A DNA stretch of 64,000 bases from Lama guanicoe (lineage: Eukaryota): positions 4,227,757-4,291,756 of the forward strand of contig MU054187.1 in assembly GCA_013239625.1 (NCBI GenBank). Direction: 5' to 3'. Under the pieces are notes generated by a model. It saw only the letters and a list, made by a program, of their open reading frames with translations. It was not told where the DNA came from and searched no databases. Shown in pieces: positions 13,030 through 26,231 of the stretch. Position 1 is the stretch's first letter; each line of letters starts with the position of its first letter. A program made the position numbers and the translations under genes.

Positions 13030-13720
13030 CACGCTCGGGGGAGAGTTCTATCCTGGTCGCTAAAGCAAAGCGGGGAGACATTTGTGGGGCACGAGAAGGG
13101 GCCCTTGTCCCACGGCCATCTCACCTGTGGGCTCTGAGTCAGGCCAATCCCGCACTGGCAACGGGCAGGCTTGTAGACAACGACTCTCACGTTACAGCAG
13201 CAGGGGGTGTAAATCAGGGGCCTCCGCGCTCGCTCTGGTTGGCGCGGGAGGACAGCGGGAGGCGCAGAGATGGAATGATGGGCCCCCGAGGTCAGCGAGG
13301 GAGCCGGGCTTGTTGCTGTGCTTCCGGACGAGCGCTGGCGCAGCTTACTTGGGAGGTGCCTGCTCGCTAAGGGTTTGCTGGACGCACCCGAGCCTCCAGC
13401 TGGCCAGGGAAGGAGCAGGGTCAGCCGCGGTGACAGCGCGCGAGGGTCCCGAGCGCGGCGCCAAAGCCCAGCCTCCCCGCCGCCTCCAGTGTCTGGGAAG
13501 GGAACACGGGATTTTAAACAGGCAGTCCACCCTCATCGGTTAGGACGCCTTCACAGAGACACAGCTGAGGTGGTTTATTCATAAATGAAGCGTAAGTGTC
13601 ATTTTGTTATTGCCTTGGTTCGCCCCGGGGCCGAGTGCGAGCAGGATGACAAAGCGCAAAGGTCCCTGGCATCGGACAGCGCCGTGTGCTCAGTGGCCCT
13701 GTGCTCTCGGGCCGATTACT
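13030..13720 (+). promoter_or_regulatory. CpG island, probable promoter and first exon of a + strand gene
   Basis: Sharp local rise in GC and CpG. Contains CCAAT (13144-13148), an RFX-like half site 'tggcaac', an ETS-like 'cttccgg' (13321), and a consensus donor 'gtaagt' at 13592 near the island's 3' edge. Confidence 0.7.
13585..13591 (+). CDS. Candidate 7-nt coding end of first exon (ATG AAG C | gtaagt)
   Basis: 'ttcataaATGAAGCgtaagt': an ATG directly before a donor site. The Kozak context is weak (T at -3), so it could be a uATG in a non-coding exon. Confidence 0.3.
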
Positions 13721-13825
13721 TAACCTCTGACTTCAGATTTCTCACCTGATAATAATAACTCTCTTAAATGATTTTTGCAAAGATTTAAAGATACAGCCTG
13801 GCACATGGTAGCCACTGAATGAACA
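13690..13825 (+). mobile_element. MIR SINE fragment
   Basis: 'ttacttaacctctgacttcagatttctcacctgataataata...cagcctggcacatggtagccactgaatgaa'. Confidence 0.65.
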
Positions 13826-14579
13826 GCAGTTCAGGATTAAATGGTTTAACTGTTTGAGAGGCCGTGCTGAGATGTGCAGGCTGCCTCAGAAAAGATTTAT
13901 TGGCCAAATAACTCTAGTCACAAATGCTCCCAGCAAATGTAAATGATATCGATTTCCGTATATTGAACGGGTCTGTGAGCTAATCAGAAAGTTTAAGCTA
14001 TGTGCTCACTTTATTAAAAAGAATTCAGAAAATGAGTTCATTCAAGCACAACCTGATAAAATTTGCTGACAAAAAAAATCAATGATACATTTTAATGACA
14101 TCATTTCGTGATCTATTACCACATGTCCATTTGTGCAAGGTACCTCTGGGATGCAGAGCTCACTGTAACAAATTTACAGCGTCTCTAAAGACAGGGTATG
14201 ACGGTTGAAAGTCAGAGAAAGAATATTACTTTCTGGTTTAAAACGATTAGAAAATAAGGGTGAATGGTGAAGAAACTCATTAGTTCTGGACCTATCCCAG
14301 GTGCCACACGAAAATGTCAAGGGGAATTACCGTTTTGCCAGCCAAGACACGAGTAGATAGCTCTTCCAACCATCTGGAAATTCAGTCTTTAAAATGTTCT
14401 AAAATTTCTCCTCATGGCTTTTTATGTCAGGTGCTAAGTTTCAAATATTTGAACTTTCAAATGAAAAAGGATGGTTTTCCATTAAGTTTGGCTTTCACCC
14501 TTGGTCCAACGAAAGTCAGCAGAAAAGACTAACAGAAATTTACTTCACATTTAAGCAAATGCCTCTTTTACTTGTGCAA

Positions 14580-14581
14580 TT

Positions 14582-14641
<60 letters not shown>

Positions 14642-14650
14642 TTTTTTTTT
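14580..14650. repeat. (TTTC)n microsatellite plus poly-T
   Basis: Directly visible, about 15 TTTC units. Confidence 0.97.
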
Positions 14651-17600
14651 GCAAATAAAGCAATGAATTCTCAGGCTGCTGAAACTAACTTTTGATCTGA
14701 CCATTTTCTTCCCATGATACTTTTCTGAATTTGAACCACACCATCGTTTCATCAATAAAGAAACAACAGAGGAGCAAGACATAAACAAACACGTTGCTTG
14801 ATTAGAAGTCATTACAAACAGTACACAGTTATTCAATTTCTGAGGTCAAGATAGTCGTGTATGATGGAAGCACAGAGAGTAAAATATGCCGTTGACCCAC
14901 CCACTTAAAGATTAGCCCTTCCATCAACACTCAGATGCTTAGAGTCCTGGGAACATCTCAGAGCCTCATTCCACCTGCCACCAAGTGGAAGCAACCTTCT
15001 CTCATGTTTTATCATGTGGTACCTACATGTTTTAGCATTATACGTTTTTGTCATATTAGAAATGAATTTAGCTAAATAATAAGTGGATGGTTAAAAAAGT
15101 AAAATGTCTTATTTGTTAAAGCAGTTGAAGAATATTTGCAAAAGGTAGTGTAAGTCAAATTCGTAGTAACTTGGTAAGATGCTCACTGAAGTTTATGTAA
15201 TGCTATTATGCAAGAAGTAGTGGAAAGAAACCAGCACATTTTCCGTTAATTCCAGCAGGTCACTTTACAGACATGGTCTTTTTTGAAAGGGAAGAGAGTC
15301 GTGGTCCCTGGAATGCTTCATCCCTGATTCAGAAGCAAAGGCTCCACCAAAATGATCATGTAAGTGGAGGCAGTCCCGACTCTAATCACATCTTACTGAT
15401 CCATTGATATAAAAAATAATATTTAACAGTGCCACTGGAAGATATCCAGAAATATGGTGGGCTTGATTATTTTAAAATCCTCTGTTCCTCCGGTGCTTAG
15501 AAATGCTGCTGGATAGAAAAAGCCTTTAAATCCTAGCTCATCACTGAGAAAAGTAAAGGAATCCTATAAGCCAAAGGAAAAGGAAGACAAAACCCTGAGC
15601 AGCAGATGGGAGCCGACTTCCTGAGATTTTCCAGTCTTGCTGACCAAAGGGGCTTATGTTTGTTGGCCACACAAGGGCTAGCTGCTTGGCCTCAAAGAAG
15701 GGGGAGTTAGAGCTGACCCTTCCCTGACCTCTGTTAAGGGCCACATACCCCAAGAAAGTATAGAATGGGAAAAAGAAATTTAGCCTATAGGCACATGGTG
15801 AAGAGAAGGGTTATTTACAGTCTTTCCCCAGGGTTAAGCTGGAGATGGAGAAAACTTGGGAGAGAATTGGTACCGATGGGCTTGTCTTCATTTTGACAGC
15901 AGTTTCACTTTATCTTTATAGACCCAAGAACCCCAAACTGAGACCACATTCTTCCAGGCTGGTGGTATTCCAAGGATACCGATCAAAAGCCAAGGCAGAC
16001 CATTTTAAGAGGAACACAGTTTCAGCCTAGTCTGTGCAGGATATCCACACAGGAAAAATTAGTTAGATCTGCTCTGAGTTATCACCGAGTGCTCTGACTT
16101 CACAGACGCTGAGGGGCCTCAGCTTTGATTAGGTCCCAACCTTCTTGTGGGAAGGAGTCAGTTAACCCCCTAAAGGTAAAGTGGCCCTTGGATGGATCCT
16201 GGAATGAAGAGGGTCTGAGTTTGAAACACACACACGTCTAATTCTAATATTCTCCTCTTACTGAGTCCCTGATTAAATCTTTAATATGCAAGAGGAGTTC
16301 CTGGAAGTCAGATCAGGAAAAATCTCTTGGGCTCACAGACACTGTCTTTCTATTTTCTGTTTTCCTTCCTTCCCCTGCACAGCCTCGAGGTGCGTTCCCA
16401 GGTCTACGTCTGAAGCAACTTTTCTGGAGAACTGACTCAGAAGTGACTAGTGCCCTGAGGACATCCTCTCCCGCACCCACAAGAAAGAACTCAGCTCTTC
16501 CTCACTTCCCCAGAAGTCAATCAAACGCCACAGCCAACTGGTAAATACTTTAGCTTTTACTAAAGGTTTTGCGGGGAGACTGAGAAACCTTGTGTTGCAC
16601 CCACAAGCACAACTTGAGGGAAGTCCTCTTCAGAACACACATTCGCTCCTACGGAAACTCTCTCACCTGCCGGCTCGCCTCAGGGCAGCGCCACAGCCGG
16701 CACGTCTTTCCCAGTCGTTTTCATGACGGGCTTAAGCCCTGCGGAGACCGCGGGATCCAAAAACGTGGCAGCGACCACCAAGGAGGTGGGGTCTAGTGAC
16801 ACAAGCCTTGATCTTAGTCGCATCCTGGCCTCTTAAATGTGCCAGCGGACTGTGCCCACTGGTGGACATGCCTGGTGATGTTCTGTGTGCAGGAGGCACC
16901 CGGTCGATCAAAAGCCTCAGACGTGGCTTCTAAACCTTGTGAGGCAGAGCGCTGCAGTCCCGCTATGAAGACTCAAAGGTATTTTGGCCAAAGAGGAATT
17001 TACGGTCTGTTCAGGAAGACAGCAGTGTACAAAAGAAGTGGGTGAACAACTCAGCAATCACACACCAGAAAGCCGGGGGCAAAGCTGCAGGCTGAGAACG
17101 ACTGTCCTGCAGACACGCAGGATCAGGAGGTACAATTTGCTCGCACAACAGAAGCAAGCGTAGGCAGATGCGAGGGGCGCTGGAGGCAACTCCGCATTTG
17201 CTTTTCCGAGCATTGCAAGTGGTGACCGGAAGGCCCTTCCCTCTGACTGCTGCCTGGGGCTCAGCTGAGGGCGGGAGAAGCGTAGATTCACGAGGGAGAG
17301 AGATGCTCTCCTCCCTGTGGTTCTAATGCAGGGGCTGCCGTGTGGGGCTATGCTTCCATGCACACTGTATTTACATTTACTCGTGTTTTAGTGAATCTAA
17401 ATTCCACAGAAGCTTTCGCTACTTTGAACTCTTAGGATAGTGTTTTATCCTTCGTGAAAGATGGAGAAGAGATGGACTCCAATATCTGATTCGTGGTGTG
17501 GAGGCAGAATTTTTTTAAAATTTTTCTAGTGATGGATTTTTAAGAACAGAAAAATTCCCCTTCATCACAGTGTCTGTGACTTTAATTCTATAATAAAAGC

Positions 17601-17684
17601 ATGGACTGTCCATTTTTTAAAGAGTGTCTTTGCTCCTCTTCAATGAGCAGACACCCAAAGCCCCCTGGGAATGCACCTTTAACC

Positions 17685-18000
17685 CCTCTACCTGGAAGCT
17701 TTTCATCCTTCGTGCCAATGCATTTCACTCTTTAAGATCCGTCTCAGATGCATCCATCATCCGAAGCCCTCCCTGACCGCTCCTACGCTGCATAACCACT
17801 CCCTCTCTGGAACCTTCCAGGGTCACTTTACCTCTTGAGTGCCACTGAGCACAACCTGCTGTGCAGGGTAGTCGTTGATTCTGGCTTCAACCCTCCACAA
17901 GTACGTGGCTACCTAAGGAACAAGATTTCACCATTTGGGTGTAACCCGAACCCCCAGGCCAGGGCACAGAACACAGTGATTGAAACGGTGTTGAACTGAA
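17685..18000 (+). mobile_element. L2 3' fragment
   Basis: 'ctctacctggaagcttttcatcc...tttaagatccgtctcagatgcatccatc...ccccaggccagggcacagaacacagtgatt'. Confidence 0.5.
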
Positions 18001-18377
18001 TTGGAAACCATTCTGATGATCTCTCTCCAGTCTATGTTTCTCAACATGAAGTTCCCTTCTTTCTGGCGTTAGCGTGGACTCCGTGGTGCGCTTCCCAGAC
18101 CCTCCTTCCGGGACAGAGGACCTCTCGCCCCAGATGCTGGGGGTCCGCCCTCAGCCGGCGGCAGCTTTAGGGAGCAGCGCAGCTGCTGTGAGCTTCCTCG
18201 CCCCTTTCCAGGGCAGCCGGTGCCAGTGCCAGAGGGGCACATGCCTGGCATCTCGCTTCACTTGGGGACCGCTCAGTTGGGTCACCCATCTCCAGAGTCC
18301 CCCTCAGGTCTGCAGAGATGATGGCAGCCCTGCTGGGCTCTCCCTCCCCTGGGTCCTGCTCTGCCCCTCCCCACCAC

Positions 18378-18407
18378 GTGTGTGTGTGTGTGTGCGTGTG
18401 TGTGTGT
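18378..18407. repeat. (TG)n microsatellite
   Basis: Directly visible, with one interruption. Confidence 0.95.
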
Positions 18408-19519
18408 CCCCCAAGAGCCCTTCCTAAAGCCTCTGACACGCTCCTCTCCTTCCCGTCCCCTGACCAGGAAATAGAGTCTATTTAAAAACCGATAGTACCG
18501 CTTTTATCTTTTCACTTACTTTTCACCGTGGCCACAAGGAGAGTAGCCTCAGAGGAGGGGGTCTGGGATTTTTTTAGTGATGTTCTCCTTGGTGGCCCAT
18601 GGTATTCTATTTAATAACCAAAATTCCCTGTCCTTCCTCATTTTTCTGGAAACAAACACAACAGACGGTTTGTGGAAGAAACTAAACTTGTTCTCCTGGA
18701 GCTTGCTTAAGTTGTCTTTTCAAAACAAACACTTGTACTGTGTTTATGGCAGAGAAACGCCTGAATTCACGTCCCTTCTATTTGCAGAAGACGCCCGTGT
18801 CAGAAAGGTTGAGAGGATTTTCTAGATGCTTCGAAAAGCCTGTTCTAAAGAAAATCTCCACGCTATAAATTATGTATGAAAAGCTACAGCTGTAAAATGC
18901 TTCTGGGGAAACAAACTAAGTTAATGAAAGGAAACTCATTTTATATTTTTTCTGAGATAAAAGGCATGACCCCACTTTGGGAGAAAGCAGTTGAAAATCT
19001 ATATGTGAAGCCACAGCATCAAAAAGTAACATTCTTGACAAATATACTTTTCAAGTGGTATTATAAAGCTTATCCAGCAAATTCAATCTTTCTGAGCATT
19101 TGATTTGTAAGATGTCAAACTCATGTTAGCTATTGTGATATTTTGGGAATCCATTAAAGTTCTTCAGGAAAAAAAAGTGGTCAACAGAAATTACATTTTA
19201 AACTTGCAACAAGGCTACAGTAGAGATTAATAAAAGTGATAAAAATATTACAAATGGGAAATAAAATATCTTCAAGGCACAATTTCTTATTGTGGAAATC
19301 TTTATGATAATCAACAAAATAACCCTGAAAATAAATCACAGTGTGAGACGCAATTTGTTGCTGTTGTCTTTAGTATGAAGAGCTGTGGCCAAATCTTCGT
19401 GCGGGATAAGATGGTTTCGACAGCATGTTTGCATGGACTGCATCCTTTTAAGTGCAGATGCTAAGAAACTAGCTTCATATAGAAATTTATTAAATGCTTT
19501 AACATTTCATTTTTGTGAA

Positions 19520-19700
19520 CTTGTACCATGTGCCAGACATTTCCAACGAATCATCGTGTTTAATTTTCACGCTTATCTTTTGAGGTGTCATCACTGTTTT
19601 TTAAAGATACAAAAACTCAGGCTCAGAAAGTTTATGTAACTTGCCTCAGGCAGGCGTTCAGCTAAGATCTAGAAACTCAAGACCATTTCTAACTTCATTA
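19520..19700 (-). mobile_element. MIR SINE fragment
   Basis: 'tgttttttaaagatacaaaaactcaggctcagaaagtttatgtaacttgcctcagg'. Confidence 0.6.
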
Positions 19701-20044
19701 CAACATAAAATCAGCATCAAAGTGGGTTTGCTCTTCAGGCTTCAGGACTGACTCACTTTTCGATTGGGCCCCGAGTTCAGTCCCTACAAGTTGCTGTTCC
19801 CACTCTTTTGTTTGGAGATGGGAGAGATTCTGAAACCCTTTGAAGTGTATTTACTCTTTTTTAATATTTTCCAGACTTACTAAACAGTCACTTGATCTTT
19901 TGACCCAAAGATCTAGAGGACATTCTTCTTCATCCTCAAAGTCTAATAGCTGTTTTTTTAGGGTGTGATTCAGAGCCAGTCATTTTATGTCTATTCTCCC
20001 AAGTCCACCGTGGGCCCCTTTAATATTTATATTCAGGTCTTTTT

Positions 20045-20175
20045 TCCATCAATTTTTCGAAATTAAAGTACAGTTGATTTACAGCATTGTGTTAATTTCA
20101 AGAGCACAGCAAAGTGATTCAGTTGTGCATATATATGTATATGTCTATGTTCTTTTTTTATACTATTATTTCTTC
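20045..20175 (-). mobile_element. L1 3'-end fragment
   Basis: 'aattaaagtacagttgatttacagcattgtgttaatttcaagagcacagcaaagtgattcagtt' is a reverse-complemented cetartiodactyl-type L1 terminus. Confidence 0.8.
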
Positions 20176-20327
20176 AGTAAAGTTTGTCTTCCATTTTAGT
20201 TATTGTATAAGAATATGGTCACATAGTTCTAAACTCAAGAGATACAGAGAGGTACAAGGTGAAAGATTATTTGTGCTTTTTATTCAGGTCTTTTATTTTC
20301 ATTAGAGTCTTTTTGGATTTTAACTTT

Positions 20328-20528
20328 GTATATATATATTTATTATAGTCAGTTTACAAACTTGTGTCAGTTTCTGGTGTACAGCATGTTGCTCCAGTCA
20401 TACGTGAACATGCCTATATTCGCTTTCATATTCTTTTTCACGATAAGTTACTACAAGATATAAACTGGGAGTTCGAGATTTGCAGATACTAACTAACATA
20501 TAAAATAGATAAAGGAGTTCATAGTGTA
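20328..20528 (-). mobile_element. Short L1 3'-end insertion with 5' inversion and TSD
   Basis: Minus-strand L1 tail to 20460, then a + strand L1 piece at 20461-20513. TSD ttggattttaacttt (20313-20327) / ttggattataacttt (20529-20543). Confidence 0.85.
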
Positions 20529-20616
20529 TTGGATTATAACTTTAAATACTAGTTTAGTTGATTGCTTTTTTTGGCTCTTCAGGGACTCTGGTAGATTCTC
20601 TCTCTCCGCTCTCTCT

Positions 20617-20697
20617 CTCTTTTTTAACGGCGGCACTGAGGACTGGACCCAGGACCTCCTGTGTGCTAAGGATATGCTGTATGCCCACCACCCCCTC
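20617..20697 (-). mobile_element. tRNA-derived SINE (camelid vic-1-like), degenerate
   Basis: 'tttttaacggcggcactgaggactggacccaggacctcctgtgtgctaagg' is similar to the clearer copy at 59095. Confidence 0.65.
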
Positions 20698-21029
20698 TTT
20701 TTCTGTATCTGTATTTATCATTTTATCTTTAATGTTGTTTATCTGTTTATTGTTTTTTTCCATGCTTCTATTTTCATGCATCTTCTCAATGTTTCTCGTT
20801 GTATTTTCAGCTGATTCCAGTGTCCTTTGGATATTTGTAATTGGTGTTCACTTCTCGTACGATATTGTGTTGTTCCCCAATTTTTTTCTCAGAATGCGTC
20901 AAGTCTTACCTCCCTTCTTTCTTATCTCATCGTTGTCCACTTCTGTGCTACACCCTTGGGCCTTGTGCTTTCACCCGGTCCTCTTGCATCTCCGAAGCCT
21001 CCCCTCAGGGGACACTGTCATGCTCAGCT

Positions 21030-21512
21030 CTTCAGGGAAGGCAGAGGTTTCCTCCGCCCTCTGAGGGCCCCTGTCTGGGTCTGAAAAGTAAGCTGACAAA
21101 GGGTACACATTTTATTAAGTTTTTGCATGTACATGGGAGCCTTTAGAAGAGCAAGAAGACCCGAAGAAGTGACCAGAGGAGGAAGCTTTCGTACCTTTTA
21201 GACAAAGAAACAGTGAAAGTGTGAAGAGCTGACAAGACACAGAGCTCTAGGCCATGAGTAGTAAATGGTGACGAAACAACACAGCTTGCTGATAGAGTCT
21301 TCTCGGCCCTGGATTCCGTGTCTCCGATCCTCTCGGTACAGGGAGGGGGCCTTTCACTTGGGAGACTTACTTCCTGCTTTCAGGGGAGGAGGTGGCTGGC
21401 AGGGAGCTCGGAGTGGCCCTCCTGCTACCGCCACGTTCTCAGACACCTTCAGCTGAAGATATTCGATACACACGCTTGCCATATTTGGGGATCAGTGTCC
21501 TGACCTCCATCC
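21030..21512 (-). mobile_element. ERV-type solo LTR
   Basis: ~480 bp with LTR-like motifs ('catgggagcctttagaag...gaagacccgaagaagtg', 'cttcagctgaagatatt...gccatatttgggg'). Family not assigned. Confidence 0.6.
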
Positions 21513-21519
21513 ATACATA

Positions 21520-21850
21520 AAATATGATGACAACTGTATCTTCTTTGGGGATGACAACTTCTGTCAGTTTATAACTCCCGTCACATTGAACAGTTTTGCC
21601 ATCAACCTCCATCCTCTGACATTACTCTCACCATTTCTGACCTCTTACAACATGCATTTTTCTAGTGACTCTGACCATCCGTCTATTTTCAATTCCTCTT
21701 TGTTATTTTATGTTACATGTGTCTTGTAAGCAACACAGAGCTGTATTGTGCTTCTGAACCAAGCACGAGATTCTTTACTTTTGAAAGAAGAATCCAGCCA
21801 TGTACACTGAGTGTAATAGTGTATATCTTTACCTTTATTCCTACTCTCAG
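21520..21850 (-). mobile_element. Ancient L1 (L1M) ORF2 endonuclease-region fragment
   Basis: Minus-strand translation includes 'IQLCVAYKTH', resembling the L1 EN 'ICCLQETH' region. T-rich composition typical of antisense L1. Confidence 0.55.
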
Positions 21851-21879
21851 CTCCCGGCTTCCCACCTCCAGCAATGATG

Positions 21880-22330
21880 TCCTCAGAGCCTTTCTTCACA
21901 ATCCATCTTTCACGAAGCTTCCAGAGCCATCCACCAAAAACACAGAACTCATTTATCCCCTTCCCGATCGGCCCTCTTCAGCCTCCAACTAAGACGGTGT
22001 CAAGGAGAGTTCCTGCCGTGGCACTAAGGCCCTCCGTGGTCTTTCCCTTCTGACCCCCCAGTCTTACCGTCTAAACCCACTCCTTCAGTGTTCTTTATGT
22101 TCTACAGATATCACCTCACCATCTGTTTCTCTCAAGCTGTCCTCGCTGCTCGAAATGGCACCCCTCTCTCTTACCTTCTACTCCTCCTTTGCTGGCTGTA
22201 TCCTCTTTATTCCTTCACAGTTAGCTCAGTGCTTATCTCCTCCAGGAAGCTTTCCCTAACCCCACTTCTCTCTGGCTCCAAAGACTCATTTCTGAGCTCC
22301 CTCAGTTCCATGTGCACCATTCCCAACAGT
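21880..22330 (+). mobile_element. L2 fragment
   Basis: 'ggcactaaggccctccgtggtc...ttagctcagtgcttatctcctccaggaagctttccctaacc'. Confidence 0.55.
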
Positions 22331-23172
22331 GCTCAATAATATAATCTTAGGTTCGCTCTTAGAAAATATATGGTGTGTGATAGAGAAGGGGTTTTAGATT
22401 CAAAGATTTTATTTTAGATAAGTATGATATTAAAATCTTATTACAAAGTTAATTTGATATCATTTAATAAAATCTTTAGTATTTATGCTGTATTGAGGCA
22501 AATGTTGAATTTCTCCTTTTAATACAGTATCAGCCCTTTTAACTTATTTCATATTGATGAGTAAAAAGTATGATTAGTCATTAACTAATCTAAAAATATA
22601 ATGTGTTTGGCTTGGGAAGAAAATACACATCATGGTGTGGACTTAGGTTTTAACTGCATTGAAACTCTAATGCTTGGAAATTTTAATTTTTTTCTAAAAA
22701 TAATCATTGTGATTTGTCACTAAATGATAAGCTAAGAGAGACTTTCACAGGATACTGTCTGTAAGCAATTCTCTTCTAATATGATATTGAAGATATGAAT
22801 GATTCTTTTACTAAATAGATGAAAAATCTAGTTTGTATAGATCTACATTTTTAACTTTCTAAAAAATTATTAAAACATCTCGATGCACTATAGAAAAAAG
22901 TTTGAAAAGCATAGACTTAAAAATCTGTTAATAATAATCTTGAATTAGATTTGTAAACCTCCTTCCACCTCTCCCTCCCTCACTAACATGTAGTGAAGCA
23001 TTTGGAAGAAAAATCATGAAATTTCTGGAGGTCTCTGGTTTCCTAAATTCAACAGTTTCTAATTATGTCAACTCAAGATCGGAAATAATGGGAACTTTTG
23101 TTAATATGTGTTGACAATTGTGTATGAAAATGATAAGGTAGAAAATGGTTTGTAATTGGTCCAAACACACAT

Positions 23173-23385
23173 TGTGGTGGACAGAATGATGGTTCCCCAA
23201 AATGTCTATATCCTAATCCTTGGAACCTGTAATATGACATGATTTAATTTTAGGATTTTCTTGTGGGGAGAATGACCCTGGATTCTCTGAGCCCAGTGAA
23301 GTCACAGGGGTCATATAAGAGGGGGGCGGGAGGGCCGGGGTCAGAAAAGGAGATATGATGGGGAAAACAGAGGCTGGAGTGATGA
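23173..23385 (+). mobile_element. MLT1 (MaLR) LTR, 5' part
   Basis: 'tgtggtggacagaatgatggttccccaaaatgtctatatcctaatccttggaacctgt' is an MLT1D-like start. Confidence 0.8.
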
Positions 23386-24228
23386 GTGGTTAAAAACCCA
23401 TATAATCTCACCGTATCTCTCAGACACTATCAAACTGCCTTATTTTAAAGGAAAAATATTTGGTTTATGTATTAACTGCTTTGTAAAATTCAGAAATGTC
23501 ATGACAGCCCAGTGCTTTCGAACCTCCAGGAACCTGTGACCCACCCTTAGGGAATCCTGCTTTGTGTGTATTCCTTTCATTACACGGGTCATGTGGTGTC
23601 ATAATAATCTTAAAATGTGCTGCTTTCTTTTAGTAGACGATGAAATAGTGCTCTTAGCTCCTGCATCTCATTAGCCTTCTGGTTTTAGGACCTATTGTAA
23701 TGCCTGACACAAAAAAAGAGCTCAAAAATACATTTGTGGAATCAATCCATCAGTCAGTGAAAAAACAAAATCTGTACGTTATTCTGGTCAAATTCATCTC
23801 TCGAATGTGAGGAGTTTTCTTTGTTTCTTTTGATATTTTTAGACATTGCAATATTAATTCTTAATTTAAACAATGAACTGGCTGCTTAAATAAAAACACG
23901 GGCAGAAAGCTACAAAATTATTTTCCAAAGAAAATTCTAGGAAGGAAAAATAAAACAGAGTAGTTTGAGAATGAAGTCCGGTTTGTAAGAAAAGCCTGGC
24001 AGGTTTTGAGCGTCAGTCGTCAGCATGCCGGTTGGTGGCCACTGATGGGAAGATAGTTTTAAAAGGAAATTACTTCCATCCCTTTGTATCATGACAAATT
24101 TTATTCTATTTTTTTTCCTTCACAAGCAAAATTTTGCAAAGCTTGAGATAGAAAAGAAAATGAGAGCTTATGTGGGAAGCTAAGAAAAAGCCTTTAGGGA
24201 TTGTCAGCAATTATTATTTTTTATTAAC

Positions 24229-24737
24229 TGGCACAGATTCTCTCCTTGACCAAACTCTAGTCAGGCTCTTGTGAACTTTCTTCTTAACTCAGCACTGACA
24301 TTGACTTCCCCTGTTCATTTCTGTGTCACCCAGTTTCAGCAGGAATTTTGCTTAGGAGGTTTAGCTAGAATCCCCCATCGTCCCTATCTGATCACCCTTT
24401 TTATCTAACTGGTTTCCTCATCCTCTGTCACCTCCAGACCCTCATCCACATCCATCCCCACCTGCCTGCCTTCAGCAAGAATGCTGTCCGGTTGGTTAGC
24501 CAGAATCCCTCCTTACCCTGATGTTTCCTCTTAGTAATTTTTTATCCGCTGACCCCCTGCACTGCTCCTTGGCTGTAGATTCCCATTTTTCCTGTAGTAT
24601 CTTGAGTTGAACCCAGTTTCCCTGCCCCGTTGCACGACTCCATGACAGTGGTCCCCACACCTGTTGCAATGCTCTCCCTTAAACAAAGTCTGCCTTACCA
24701 TTCTTCAACAAATGTCATAAATAATTTTTCTTTAACA
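24229..24737 (+). mobile_element. ERV1 solo LTR, MER31-like
   Basis: TG...CA termini (tggcacagattctctccttgaccaaactctagtcaggctc ... ataatttttctttaaca) flanked by a perfect 4-bp TSD, TAAC. Confidence 0.85.
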
Positions 24738-26231
24738 TAACATTATTTCTATTCTCTTATGGCATATGTTGATTCTATTTTTTTATTGCCTATGTTTTTG
24801 TTGGAAAAATATCGTCTTCACTCCCTCCTACATTTACAAACATGGTACGTATTTAATAAAATTATTTTTATCTTGTATATATAGATGTCATGGTTACAGA
24901 AACCATGGCAATTTGGCTATAAGAAGGGAGATTAAAAGCATATTTTCCCCTCCTTAAAGTTTATATAGATTGAATTTCAAGATTAATCTGACTTGAGAAT
25001 TAAAGTGAAATAGTTGGGAATAACTATTTTCATTTGATCTATTTTTTATGTGTATAATGTGATTTATTTTTCTTAACACAAAACTTTCCAACCTACAGCT
25101 TAAAGTAAGTGCATGGATTATAAATGGCATTTTGCAGAGGCTCTTTCAAAGAGATTGTGAAAAGCTCTCTTCCATTTGCGGATGTGATCAAAATGGAAAT
25201 GGGACTTGCTTTCCTGCTAAATGCCAGAAGGAGCAGCTTGGCTCCCTGAGCCAGCAGAGCGGGAGAATTCTTCTTGTTGCTCTCTGTGGCTTCCTATTCC
25301 ATCCTGACTCCGTTCCCAAAAATGTAAGCGGGGTCTAGGAGTAAACACCATTTGGCCAGCCACAGCAATGGCCACTTGGATTCCCAAGGAGGTGGGGGTA
25401 CACCTTACCTTGAAGGTAACACCACTCCACACCATTGGCAAAGCACAGGGAAAGCGGATGGTCCCCTGGAAGAATAACCATAGTTATTTATCAGCCAGCT
25501 TTCACCTAAGTCATTCCTTTAAGTATGCGTTAACGCACACGTTGTATTCTCACGCTTATGGTTTCTTTCTGCTCTGTCTAGGCTGCGTCATCATGACTTC
25601 TGTCTGTCGAAGTCCTTCTCATCCTTCAATGTCCAGCTCAGCGTAAATTTACTGGAAATAATCTTCAACAAATTTATAAACCCCACGTAGTTTTTATCAA
25701 AGAGATGCTTACATTGCACAGCGAGATATGAAATATTAAAAAGAGAAACTATGGAGACCATTATGTCCAAGTTGGCTTCCATTTTTCCTGAGGTCTACAA
25801 GCTCTCCACATCCATAGTCATTACCTACAAAAGGGTGCTCACTAACAGCTACTGGAAATGTCTGCCTCTGTTATATAGCAGCACAAAGATGCTCAGAGCA
25901 AACTAGTGAAACCCTTGCCAGACACCCTCAGTGTGAATTAATCTCATGCTCTCCTGCAACTTGAGAGTAGCTTTCAACCAGCTTAGAGCACTTCAAAAAT
26001 TCACTTACACAATCACTGACAGGGGACCTAAGTGAACATGCCACGCTAGGGACTGAGGATTACAGACATGAAGACATTATGAGTTGGAAGGAAAAAGAGA
26101 GAGAATGGAGGGGCGCTGTAAGTGAAAGTCGGGGAAATGGAAGAAGCAGCACTGATCCTGATCTGTGGAGGGTGAGGAGGCGTTCCAGGGAGAGCTGGAA
26201 GAGCAGAGAGCCCTTCTGAGCAGTTTATAAA

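Noticed and set aside
13082..13584. 153-aa and 88-aa ORFs in the CpG island
   Set aside because: Non-ATG starts in GC-rich, stop-poor sequence with no recognisable domain; more likely promoter or 5'UTR.
20558..21064. 168-aa hydrophobic ORF as a membrane protein
   Set aside because: It arises from T-rich low-complexity sequence spanning a SINE and an LTR edge.
22330..22920. AT-rich stretch as a hAT/Charlie DNA transposon remnant
   Set aside because: Only the ends are weakly suggestive; too degenerate to call by eye.
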